Origin: a virus
Lineage: Duplodnaviria; Heunggongvirae; Uroviricota; Caudoviricetes
Length of the DNA stretch: 6,521 nt
Reading direction: 5' to 3' (one strand)
IMG/VR virus record: IMGVR_UViG_2534681674_000007
How positions within the stretch are numbered: the first letter of the stretch is position 1; every line of letters begins with the position of its first letter. The position numbers were made by a program, and so were the translations under genes. The notes beneath the pieces were generated by a model that saw only the letters and a list, made by a program, of their open reading frames with translations, did no database searches and had not been told where the DNA came from. Positions 1 through 5,819 of this stretch are shown here, piece after piece.

Positions 1-41
1 ATTTTGCTGGCGCGTGAGGAATATAGCCCCGAATAAATCAT
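1..41 (-). CDS. 5' end of a nin-region gene continuing beyond the window start (N-terminal fragment only, MIYSGLYSSRASK...)
   Basis: ATG at 41..39 on - strand lies 9 nt downstream of the NinE stop; frame stays open to position 1. Only 13 codons visible, so identity unknown. Confidence 0.25.
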   Translation of the reverse strand, partial: MIYSGLYSSRASK

Positions 42-49
42 CGCGTCAA

Positions 50-232
50 TCACCTTGTTTTCCTCGCACGATGTCTTAGCCACCGGATATCCCACAGATG
101 AGCCGTGTAGTTGAAGGTTTTTACGTCAGATTCTTTTGGGATTGGCTTGCGTTTATTTCTGGAGCGTTTCGTTGGAAGGTATTTGCAGTTTTCGCAGATG
201 ATGTCGGTGATACTTCTTCGCTGTCGCCTCAT
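50..232 (-). CDS. ninE: NinE-like protein (60 aa)
   Basis: Translation from internal Met ([23 protein letters not shown]...[16 protein letters not shown]) matches my recollection of lambda NinE. ATG at 232..230 overlaps the upstream methyltransferase stop (229..231) in an ATGA coupling motif. The ORF-track start at 322 would overlap the upstream gene by 90 nt and is not preferred. Confidence 0.7.
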   Translation of the reverse strand: MRRQRRSITDIICENCKYLPTKRSRNKRKPIPKESDVKTFNYTAHLWDIRWLRHRARKTR

Positions 233-756
233 GCCGCCCTTCTGACGCCCTGCCCGATCGCCATCAATGCCGCTTTGGATACGGTAGTAAACATCCGTCG
301 AGGACTGATGAACGGTCGCCAAATCAGCAGCATGGAGCCTTTGCTGTTTCCCTTCTTCTCCAGCCCCGTCGATGGTTCGATAAAATTAATCCGTCCATCA
401 GTGATAATGCGAACTTCGTCGACACTCTCCAGAGCCTTGCTGAACCATCCGACTGACATATCCTCTGGCACAAGCATCACTACCGTCTGTCGCTGTTGTA
501 TGCACTGCTCAGCGGCTTTTTCCACCCACGGCCTGATATTGCTGTACGGTGGGTTATTCCAGATTGCCCCGTGGCTTATCCACTCAGAATTTAGCGCGTC
601 GTCGGCCTCAGTTAGCCAGTGAGCACACAGAGCATTTTTGTCGCTCGCTGCCGAATCCAGCCAGAATCCAAACTCAATATCCAGTGCATCAAAAAGCCAA
701 AGCGGCGTTTGCCAGCAGTCCTTGTCGTGTGCTGGCGTATTTGATTTGATAGTCAT
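229..756 (-). CDS. phage DNA N6-adenine methyltransferase (Dam-like, orphan MTase)
   Basis: Translation [26 protein letters not shown]...WNNPPYS... carries the NPPY catalytic motif and the DxxCWQTP N-terminal motif of phage Dam-family MTases. ATG at 756..754 overlaps the NinB stop (ATGA). Position between ninB and ninE is typical of lambdoid/Stx-type phages. Confidence 0.85.
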   Translation of the reverse strand: MTIKSNTPAHDKDCWQTPLWLFDALDIEFGFWLDSAASDKNALCAHWLTEADDALNSEWISHGAIWNNPPYSNIRPWVEKAAEQCIQQRQTVVMLVPEDMSVGWFSKALESVDEVRIITDGRINFIEPSTGLEKKGNSKGSMLLIWRPFISPRRMFTTVSKAALMAIGQGVRRAA

Positions 757-1196
757 GCTGCCCGATCTCCCCATCGCGCTTTCCATTCGAGAGCCAGTCG
801 AGCTTCGTCTGACCACTTAACGCCACGCTCTGTACCGAATGCCTGTATAAGCTCTAATAGCTCCGCAAATTCGCTTACACGCATCCTGCTGGTTGACTGG
901 CCTATTACCACAAAGCCATTCCCGGCAAGGTTAGGAACAACGTCCTGCTGCTTTAATGCTGCGGTAAACACACACTTCCAGCTTTCTGCATCCAGCCAGC
1001 GACCATGCCATTCAACCTGACGAGAGACGTCACCTAAGCAGGCCCATAGCTTCCTGTTTTGGTCTAAGCTGCGGTTGCGTTCCTGAATGGTTACTACGAT
1101 TGGTTTGGTTGGGTCTGGAAGAATTTGCTGGATAGCTTGAATGGCGTTCTGCTGATGGATGGGGCTTCTTAGTTCAAACGTTAGTTTCCTCACCAT
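753..1196 (-). CDS. ninB: NinB (Orf-family recombination mediator)
   Basis: 147-aa translation (MVRKLTFELRSPIHQQNAIQAIQQILPDPTKPIVVTIQERNRSLDQNRKLWACLGDVSRQVEWHGRW...) is near-identical to lambda NinB as I recall it. Strong SD (AGGAG, 5-nt spacer) upstream of ATG 1196. Confidence 0.9.
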   Translation of the reverse strand: MVRKLTFELRSPIHQQNAIQAIQQILPDPTKPIVVTIQERNRSLDQNRKLWACLGDVSRQVEWHGRWLDAESWKCVFTAALKQQDVVPNLAGNGFVVIGQSTSRMRVSEFAELLELIQAFGTERGVKWSDEARLALEWKARWGDRAA

Positions 1197-1338
1197 TTAC
1201 GCTCCTGTAATCGTCAAGTGCAGCTGCAATAGTCCCTATCTGGTCATGGTCTTGCCCGATAATCTCATTTACGTTTTCATCTTCTTCCACACCGAAAAAG
1301 AATCGCAGGGCTAACATGATTTCTTCGTATGCGCTCAT
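1174..1338 (-). CDS. small acidic hypothetical protein (54 aa, ~13 D/E vs 2 K/R)
   Basis: Not in the ORF track (<60 aa). ATG at 1338..1336 is preceded by AGGAG with a 5-nt spacer; translates MSAYEEIMLALRFFFGVEEDENVNEIIGQDHDQIGTIAAALDDYRSVNGEETNV; stop TGA at 1176..1174. Starts 2 nt after the stop of the upstream 87-aa ORF and overlaps the ninB start by 23 nt. Confidence 0.4.
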   Translation of the reverse strand: MSAYEEIMLALRFFFGVEEDENVNEIIGQDHDQIGTIAAALDDYRSVNGEETNV

Positions 1339-1340
1339 AC

Positions 1341-1604
1341 TCACTCCTTCACTTTGACTCCAGCAGTGCGGATGGCCTCTACATCGCTTTCGTATTGTGA
1401 TTCTGCACCTGTGTCATAGCCAATGTGATAATCACCGGGAAGTGGGCCTTTCTTTGGCTTTTGCAGCTCAATTTCAAAAGCTGCTCGCGATGCCTGCCAC
1501 GCTTGCCAATACATCTCAACCATATTGGCGTATATTTTATTTTTAGGATCACATCCGGTGTAATTTTCAAACCATTCTTCAAACTGCTTTCTTGATTCGT
1601 CCAT
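1341..1604 (-). CDS. hypothetical phage protein (87 aa)
   Basis: Open frame with SD-like GAGGG 8 nt upstream of ATG 1604; tightly packed in the operon between the helicase and ninB. No family recognised from sequence. Confidence 0.5.
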   Translation of the reverse strand: MDESRKQFEEWFENYTGCDPKNKIYANMVEMYWQAWQASRAAFEIELQKPKKGPLPGDYHIGYDTGAESQYESDVEAIRTAGVKVKE

Positions 1605-1621
1605 CGGTACTTACCCTCAGT

Positions 1622-1828
1622 TCAACTCACAAAACGCCACGCCATTTTTGCTACGACAACAGGCATAACACCGATAATCACCCACAGGAAAATGCTACCG
1701 AGAAGCACACCAACCAGGTCTTTACCTTCGCCTAACAACCGGACAAAACTGCTGGCAACCACGATGAACGTCGACACCATCCACATAGCACCGAGAATCC
1801 TCAATGCAGAGAAAATTAACTCAGCCAC
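1622..1828 (-). CDS. small hydrophobic membrane protein (68 aa, two predicted TM helices)
   Basis: GTG start at 1828..1826 preceded by GGGGAGAG (6-nt spacer). Translation shows two hydrophobic stretches (approx. residues 5-28 and 40-60) separated by a short charged loop (RLLGEGKDL). No family recognised. Confidence 0.45.
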   Translation of the reverse strand: MAELIFSALRILGAMWMVSTFIVVASSFVRLLGEGKDLVGVLLGSIFLWVIIGVMPVVVAKMAWRFVS

Positions 1829-1842
1829 GATTTACTCTCCCC

Positions 1843-1875
1843 AAAATAAAAAGGCCTGCGATTACCAGCAGGCCT
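1843..1875 (-). terminator. Rho-independent terminator candidate downstream of the helicase gene (tR2-like position)
   Basis: Perfect 8-bp GC-rich stem (1852..1859 AGGCCTGC / 1868..1875 GCAGGCCT) with an 8-nt loop; on the - strand it is followed by TTTTTATTTT (plus-strand A-run 1841..1851). Lies 26 nt after the helicase stop. Confidence 0.5.
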
Positions 1876-1900
1876 GTTATTAGCTCAGTGATGTAGATGG

Positions 1901-3277
1901 TCATACGTCAGCCCCTTGTGCATATCGTCTGCCACGTGCAGCGGGTGCATTTGATGTTGTGCAAATCTGTCTGGCTTCATCCTGGTCACACGCAACAAAG
2001 TGTCCGTTGCAGAACCGCTGGTAAACCGTACCAAGCGAGCCAAAACGGTTTTTCGTCACGATGATTTCAGCAAATGGCGCGGCGCTACTGTTCTCGTCAT
2101 ATACCGCTTCCCGATAGAGCATGATGATTGAGTCTGCGTCCTGCTCAATGCTTCCTGAATCACGCAAATCTGCGTTTGTCGGGCGTTTATTTGGTCGCTT
2201 CTCAACATCGCGCGAAAGCTGACTCAGGGAGATAACAGGCGTTTTCAGGTCTTTCGCCATCGCCTTCAGGCTTCCGGAGATGTGAGCAATTGCAAGGTCG
2301 TTGCGGTCTGCTTTCGGCTTCTCAATCAGGCCAAGATAATCCGCCATGATGAGTGACAGGTTTGGATTTTCCTGTTTGTGCCGTTCTGCGATTGAGCGTA
2401 TTTCTTCGACCGATAACCGCGATGCATCGACTACCCATACATCCAAATCTGCAAGCTGACTCATGCCGTTAGCAACACGCGCCCAGCCTTCGTCATCCAT
2501 CGATGCAGGATTTCGCAGCACGCTAACCGACATCCTCCCGGCGTTGGCAATGCTCCGCTCTGCAATCTGCAATGCGCTCATTTCCATTGAGAAAATCAAT
2601 ACTCCGCGCCGGACGTCAGAACCAGGAATAACGCGGCTTGCAACACCTTCGGCAATCTTCAGCGCCAGTTCGGTTTTCCCCATACCAGGACGAGCGGCGA
2701 TAATCACCAGGTCTTCCGCGTTCATCCCTCCGGTGATAGCGTCAAGTTCTTCGATTCCGGTCTTCAGGGTATCGGACTCTTCTCCGTTCCTCAGACGCCT
2801 GTCAAGCGTGTCAGTGTAGTCAGTAATGATTTCCCCTAACCGTACAGGTTTAACCTCGTCACTGGGCTTTCTGATGGCTGAAAGACGCTTTACAAGCTCA
2901 TCCATCGCCTGACTCGATGCGTCGATGGTTCCGCTCTGAATTGGTTCACGCATTTCATCCATGATTTCCAGCACCAGACGGCGGTGATAGTTATCCGCGA
3001 CCATTCCGGCATATCCCTTCAGGTTTGCGGCGCTCGGGCAGTTTTTGCTGGTCATCAGGATTGACGTGAAATGCTCCTCTCCGCACGCCTCGGCAACCAT
3101 CAGCGCGTCGATTATGTTTCTGTTTCGCGCCTGCTTGCGGATAACCTCGAAGGCTTTCCGGTAGAGCGGAATTGAAAACGCTTCCGGCTCCAGCGTTGCA
3201 AGAACGTCACTGGCGGTTGGAGTTAATCCACCAATCAGCAGGCCACCGATAACGCTCGCTTCGATATCCTGTCTCAT
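1901..3277 (-). CDS. replicative DNA helicase, DnaB family (phage P22 gene 12-like)
   Basis: 458-aa translation has DnaB hallmarks: N-terminal [13 protein letters not shown], Walker [26 protein letters not shown], and C-terminal [36 protein letters not shown] at 3277..3275 overlaps the upstream gene stop (ATGA); SD GGGGGA upstream. Confidence 0.92.
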   Translation of the reverse strand: MRQDIEASVIGGLLIGGLTPTASDVLATLEPEAFSIPLYRKAFEVIRKQARNRNIIDALMVAEACGEEHFTSILMTSKNCPSAANLKGYAGMVADNYHRRLVLEIMDEMREPIQSGTIDASSQAMDELVKRLSAIRKPSDEVKPVRLGEIITDYTDTLDRRLRNGEESDTLKTGIEELDAITGGMNAEDLVIIAARPGMGKTELALKIAEGVASRVIPGSDVRRGVLIFSMEMSALQIAERSIANAGRMSVSVLRNPASMDDEGWARVANGMSQLADLDVWVVDASRLSVEEIRSIAERHKQENPNLSLIMADYLGLIEKPKADRNDLAIAHISGSLKAMAKDLKTPVISLSQLSRDVEKRPNKRPTNADLRDSGSIEQDADSIIMLYREAVYDENSSAAPFAEIIVTKNRFGSLGTVYQRFCNGHFVACDQDEARQICTTSNAPAARGRRYAQGADV

Positions 3278-3846
3278 GCAATCCCCCTGTCTGCAAACTT
3301 CCCTTCCCGTACTCCCGTTAACGAATCTTCCCTCAGCAGGTAATCAAAATCTGCCGTCCAGCCAGTGTCGTTGTCTCCGAAGTAAAACGGCTTGGCCTGA
3401 TGCACAAACGCCCTGACATACGCTCTGAAACCGTCCACGTTTGGCGTTTTCAGTTGTGGGATGATTTTCTTCAGGCGGCGTTTGCGTTTCTCGTTGACCG
3501 CAACAGCGTGTGGCAGTCTGTCACCGACTTCGGTGTTGTAGGCGTTCAGGAAGGATTCGTAGTCGATTCGTTCTGCCTTGCGACGTTCAGGTTTAACCTG
3601 CCCATCGCCTCCCCCATTGGGGGGTAGGGGGGTATTATTTATATTCTTGTTAATACCTTCTTGTTCATGATGTGCGGTTGTTTGTGCGGCTTCATGTGCG
3701 CTTTCATGTGCGGCATGTGCGCTGAAAGCCGCGCCATTACTGTCTTCGTCATGTGCGGCATCATGTGCGGTTGTTTGTGCGGCTTCATGTGCGGGTAAAT
3801 TGTCCATTTTTTGAGCATATTCATGGTAATTTGTGATGGTTATCAC
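3274..3846 (-). CDS. replication initiation protein, lambda O / P22 gp18-like, N-terminally truncated at the IS junction (linker plus C-terminal domain only)
   Basis: ORF opens with GTG at 3846..3844 immediately adjacent to the IS end; the in-frame stop upstream lies inside the IS terminus. The 5' third encodes AH[E/D]AA-type repeats, then an Asn/Gly/Pro-rich linker, then a C-terminal domain (..[25 protein letters not shown]..) resembling phage replication initiator C-termini. Sits immediately upstream of and translationally coupled to the helicase. The N-terminal iteron-binding domain is absent. Confidence 0.6.
   Translation of the reverse strand: MITITNYHEYAQKMDNLPAHEAAQTTAHDAAHDEDSNGAAFSAHAAHESAHEAAQTTAHHEQEGINKNINNTPLPPNGGGDGQVKPERRKAERIDYESFLNAYNTEVGDRLPHAVAVNEKRKRRLKKIIPQLKTPNVDGFRAYVRAFVHQAKPFYFGDNDTGWTADFDYLLREDSLTGVREGKFADRGIA
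3666..3795. repeat. iteron-like tandem array: about 9 copies of (C)ATGTGCG(G) at roughly 12-bp phasing, including an exact 31-bp direct repeat (3670..3700 and 3763..3793)
   Basis: ATGTGCG at 3670, 3694, 3706, 3715, 3751, 3763, 3787 and TTGTGCG at 3683, 3776. ATGTGCGGTTGTTTGTGCGGCTTCATGTGCG is repeated exactly 93 bp apart. Lies inside the O-like gene and is followed (in the direction of O transcription) by an AT-rich tract at 3633..3655. Confidence 0.6.
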
Positions 3847-3888
3847 TGAACCGCCCCGGGTTTCCTGGAGAGTATTTTATCTGTGAAC

Positions 3889-4776
3889 TCAGGCTGCCAG
3901 ATCATTATTTCCGATGGAAGCATAATAAGCTTTTTCTGCTTCTGCCGGAGGAATATGGCCCAGCCTTTCCAGCAATCGTCGATTGTTATACCAGTCCACC
4001 CACGTTAGTGTGGCCAGTTCCACTTCTGTCCGGTTTTTCCAGCTATTACGGTGTATTACCTCCGCTTTGTAAAGACCATTGATGCTCTCAGCCATCGCGT
4101 TGTCATACGAGTCGCCAGTACTCCCTGTTGATGCCAGTAATCCGGCTTCCTTAAGCCGCTGCGTGTAGGCCAGCGATACATACTGAGAACCTTTATCACT
4201 GTGATGGATTGTGCCGGACGGCCGACGGGCCCACAACGCCTGCTCCAGTGCATCCAGCACGAATGTCGTTTCCATAGACGATGAGACTCGCCACCCCACG
4301 ATACATCCGGCAAACACATCAATGATGAACGCCACATAGACGAAGCCCTGCCATGTGCTGACGTAAGTAAAATCAGCCACCCACAGCTGGTCAGGACGTT
4401 CTGCCACGAACTGACGGTTTACGCGGTCGCCTGCGGAAACGGCTTTCCGGCTGACGGTAGTACGGACCTTTTTACCCCGGAGAACACCGGCAAGTCCCAT
4501 AACCGCCATGAGGCGCGCCACTGTACATCTGGCCACCCTGATACCTTCGCGTAACAACTGGCGCCAGACTTTACGCACACCGTACACCTGATGATTTTCA
4601 TCGTATACGCGCTGTATCTCTCTCTTCAGCCAGTCATCGTGCTGCGCACGGGCACTGCGTTTATCCGGATGATGTCGCTGTTGCTGACAATGGTAATACG
4701 TTGACGGGGCAATATGCAGTTCGCTGCATACCGGTCCGACCCCGTACTGCTCACGCAGCTTATCCAGCAGCGGCAT
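3889..4776 (-). CDS. IS629-like transposase OrfB (DDE catalytic domain, 295 aa)
   Basis: Contains the DDE triad context (..LWVADFTYV.., ..HHSDKGSQYVS.., ..DNAMAESINGLYKAE..) typical of IS3-family integrase-fold transposases. In -1 frame relative to orfA, with overlap at 4776. Confidence 0.9.
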   Translation of the reverse strand: MPLLDKLREQYGVGPVCSELHIAPSTYYHCQQQRHHPDKRSARAQHDDWLKREIQRVYDENHQVYGVRKVWRQLLREGIRVARCTVARLMAVMGLAGVLRGKKVRTTVSRKAVSAGDRVNRQFVAERPDQLWVADFTYVSTWQGFVYVAFIIDVFAGCIVGWRVSSSMETTFVLDALEQALWARRPSGTIHHSDKGSQYVSLAYTQRLKEAGLLASTGSTGDSYDNAMAESINGLYKAEVIHRNSWKNRTEVELATLTWVDWYNNRRLLERLGHIPPAEAEKAYYASIGNNDLAA

Positions 4777-5102
4777 TATTTTTTCCAGAGGCGGTCGAAC
4801 TCCGCCTTCGCAAAATAAGCGGAAGCCTGGCGAAGGATATCGTTACTGCGGCGCAGTTCACGATTTTCACGTTCCAGCTCTTTCAGACGCTGACGTTCAG
4901 CGGTGGTGAGTCCACCATCACCACTCCCGGTATCCCGCTCACGCTGACGAACCCACACACGCAGAGTCTCTGGTGTACAGCCAATCTTTGGGGCAATGGA
5001 ACAAATTGCCGCCCATTGTGAGTCATATTCGCCCTGACTTTCCAGAACCATACGAATCGCCCGCTGACGGACTTCGGGGGAAAAACGAGTATTTTTAGTC
5101 AT
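4776..5102 (-). CDS. IS629-like transposase OrfA (HTH DNA-binding subunit, 108 aa)
   Basis: [51 protein letters not shown]... with a leucine-zipper-like C-terminus ([30 protein letters not shown]), typical of IS3-family OrfA. Ends in AAA AAA TAA overlapping the orfB ATG. Confidence 0.9.
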   Translation of the reverse strand: MTKNTRFSPEVRQRAIRMVLESQGEYDSQWAAICSIAPKIGCTPETLRVWVRQRERDTGSGDGGLTTAERQRLKELERENRELRRSNDILRQASAYFAKAEFDRLWKK

Positions 5103-5293
5103 CCTGTTTACCTCTTTCTCAGGGAGTTTAGTCTCCAGGATTTCCGGGGCGGTTCATTACCGATATCGATACATCAGGAATATTTGATTCAGATGATATG
5201 ACTATCAAAGCCGCCTGAGCGCGGCTTTACCGCATACCAATAATGCTTCACGAGAGGCATTTTCGTTATGCAATCAAATATAAGGAGTTACCC

Positions 5294-5428
5294 ATGATGC
5301 ACTTTCAGCTCGCGGGTAGCGGCGTCATGTCCGCTTTCTACCCGCACGAATCTGAATTATCACGCCGAGTTAAACAATTAATCAGAGCAGCAAAGAAACA
5401 ACTGGAGGCGTTATGCGCAATGAAATAG
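5294..5428 (+). CDS. small hypothetical protein (44 aa)
   Basis: ATG 5294 is preceded by TAAGGAG with a 7-nt spacer; translates MMHFQLAGSGVMSAFYPHESELSRRVKQLIRAAKKQLEALCAMK. The ORF-track upstream start at 5243 has no SD. Confidence 0.4.
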   Translation: MMHFQLAGSGVMSAFYPHESELSRRVKQLIRAAKKQLEALCAMK

Positions 5429-5565
5429 CCATTAATCACCAGATGCTTCGTGCTGCACAGAACAAAGCAGTAATAGCCCGATTTATTGGTGATTCAAAAA
5501 TGTGGCTTGAAGCAAATAAAGCGATGAAATCAGCTATCAACCTTCCGTGGTATCGCAGGAAATGA
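5413..5565 (+). CDS. small hypothetical protein (50 aa)
   Basis: Not in ORF track (<60 aa). ATG 5413 is preceded by GGAGG (4-nt spacer); translates MRNEIAINHQMLRAAQNKAVIARFIGDSKMWLEANKAMKSAINLPWYRRK; stop TGA 5563..5565. Confidence 0.4.
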   Translation: MRNEIAINHQMLRAAQNKAVIARFIGDSKMWLEANKAMKSAINLPWYRRK

Positions 5566-5720
5566 GTTTTACAGATAACTGGTCAGACGAAGAATTCATT
5601 CGTCAGATGAAAGATTTAATCGGTAACGAAGGAGATATTCATGTCACTTGCAACCACAGTGAAGGAGAGCAAGTTACAGAGACGCATGTACACGCAGAAA
5701 GCTCTCTGGTATCGCCATAA
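5562..5720 (+). CDS. small hypothetical protein (52 aa), alternative to or overlapping 5641..5811
   Basis: ATG 5562 overlaps the preceding stop (ATGA); weak SD. Translates MSFTDNWSDEEFIRQMKDLIGNEGDIHVTCNHSEGEQVTETHVHAESSLVSP. Overlaps the next candidate in a different frame, so at most one model may be fully correct. Confidence 0.3.
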   Translation: MSFTDNWSDEEFIRQMKDLIGNEGDIHVTCNHSEGEQVTETHVHAESSLVSP

Positions 5721-5811
5721 TGGCGACCGCGAAGGAATGCGGGTATGCCTTAATTTGTCCCGAGTCGAAGTATTAAATCAGCGTTATTTTCTTGGGCCAT
5801 GTCCATTCTGA
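5641..5811 (+). CDS. small hypothetical protein (56 aa), alternative to or overlapping 5562..5720
   Basis: ATG 5641 is preceded by a near-ideal SD (AAGGAG, 6-nt spacer). Translates MSLATTVKESKLQRRMYTQKALWYRHNGDREGMRVCLNLSRVEVLNQRYFLGPCPF; stop TGA 5809..5811, 8 nt before the downstream gene. Confidence 0.35.
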   Translation: MSLATTVKESKLQRRMYTQKALWYRHNGDREGMRVCLNLSRVEVLNQRYFLGPCPF

Positions 5812-5819
5812 GGTGAATT

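Larger units (their letters stand above)
3847..5156 (-). mobile_element. IS629-like insertion sequence (IS3 family), complete 1310-bp copy
   Basis: Both termini begin TGAACCGCCCCGG. 25-bp imperfect terminal inverted repeats (3847..3871 TGAACCGCCCCGGGTTTCCTGGAGA; reverse complement of 5132..5156 TGAACCGCCCCGGAAATCCTGGAGA; 22/25 identical). Contains orfA (108 aa) and orfB (295 aa) in -1 frame arrangement. Length and protein sequences match my recollection of IS629/IS1203/IS3411. Confidence 0.9.

Noticed and set aside
98-622. 174-aa + strand ORF (and 549..749, 638..820 + strand ORFs)
   Set aside because: Lie antisense to the well-supported ninE / methyltransferase / ninB genes; no RBS noted; composition consistent with shadow ORFs of the opposite-strand genes.
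1379-1883. ORFs 1379..1582 (-) and 1692..1883 (+)
   Set aside because: The first is an alternative frame inside the 87-aa gene; the second is antisense to the small membrane protein and spans the terminator. Neither has initiation signals as good as the chosen models.
2463-2819. 118-aa + strand ORF
   Set aside because: Antisense within the DnaB-family helicase gene, which has strong motif support; likely a shadow ORF.
3611-3632. G-quadruplex or hairpin from CCCCCATTGGGGGGTAGGGGGG
   Set aside because: Only two long G-runs rather than four separated tracts, and the short C5/G5 hairpin is weak; treated as part of the candidate ori/linker region rather than a separate element.
3666-3795. Possible CRISPR array, suggested by an exact 31-bp direct repeat
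   Set aside because: Only two exact copies; the intervening sequence is made of the same short motif rather than unique spacers; the region is coding and there are no cas genes. Interpreted as iterons / coding repeats.
3400-3824. ORFs 3400..3627 (+) and 3639..3824 (-, His/Met/Lys-rich repeat peptide)
   Set aside because: Alternative frames across the O-like gene and its repeat array; the repeat DNA produces open frames in several phases. The frame coupled to the helicase start was preferred.
3833-3846. Operator-like palindrome GTGATGGTTATCAC abutting the IS end
   Set aside because: Half-sites resemble lambdoid operator half-sites, but it is a single site, lies inside the annotated ORF, and is cut by the IS junction; cannot be supported as a repressor-binding site from sequence alone.
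4056-5021. ORFs 4056..4337 (-), 4419..4601 (-), 4701..5021 (+)
   Set aside because: Alternative-frame or antisense ORFs inside the IS629-like transposase genes; the orfA/orfB models account for the element.
5157-5293. Sigma70 promoter and hairpin (5207..5228) in the IS-proximal non-coding stretch
   Set aside because: Searched for -35/-10 pairs (for example the AATAAT-like hexamer near 5239..5244) but found no partner with correct spacing. The hairpin AAAGCCGC-N6-GCGGCTTT lacks a convincing U-tract on either strand. Not reported as features.
5243-5293. Upstream extension of the 44-aa ORF to ATG 5243 (61-aa model)
   Set aside because: No SD before 5243, whereas ATG 5294 has TAAGGAG at ideal spacing; shorter model preferred.
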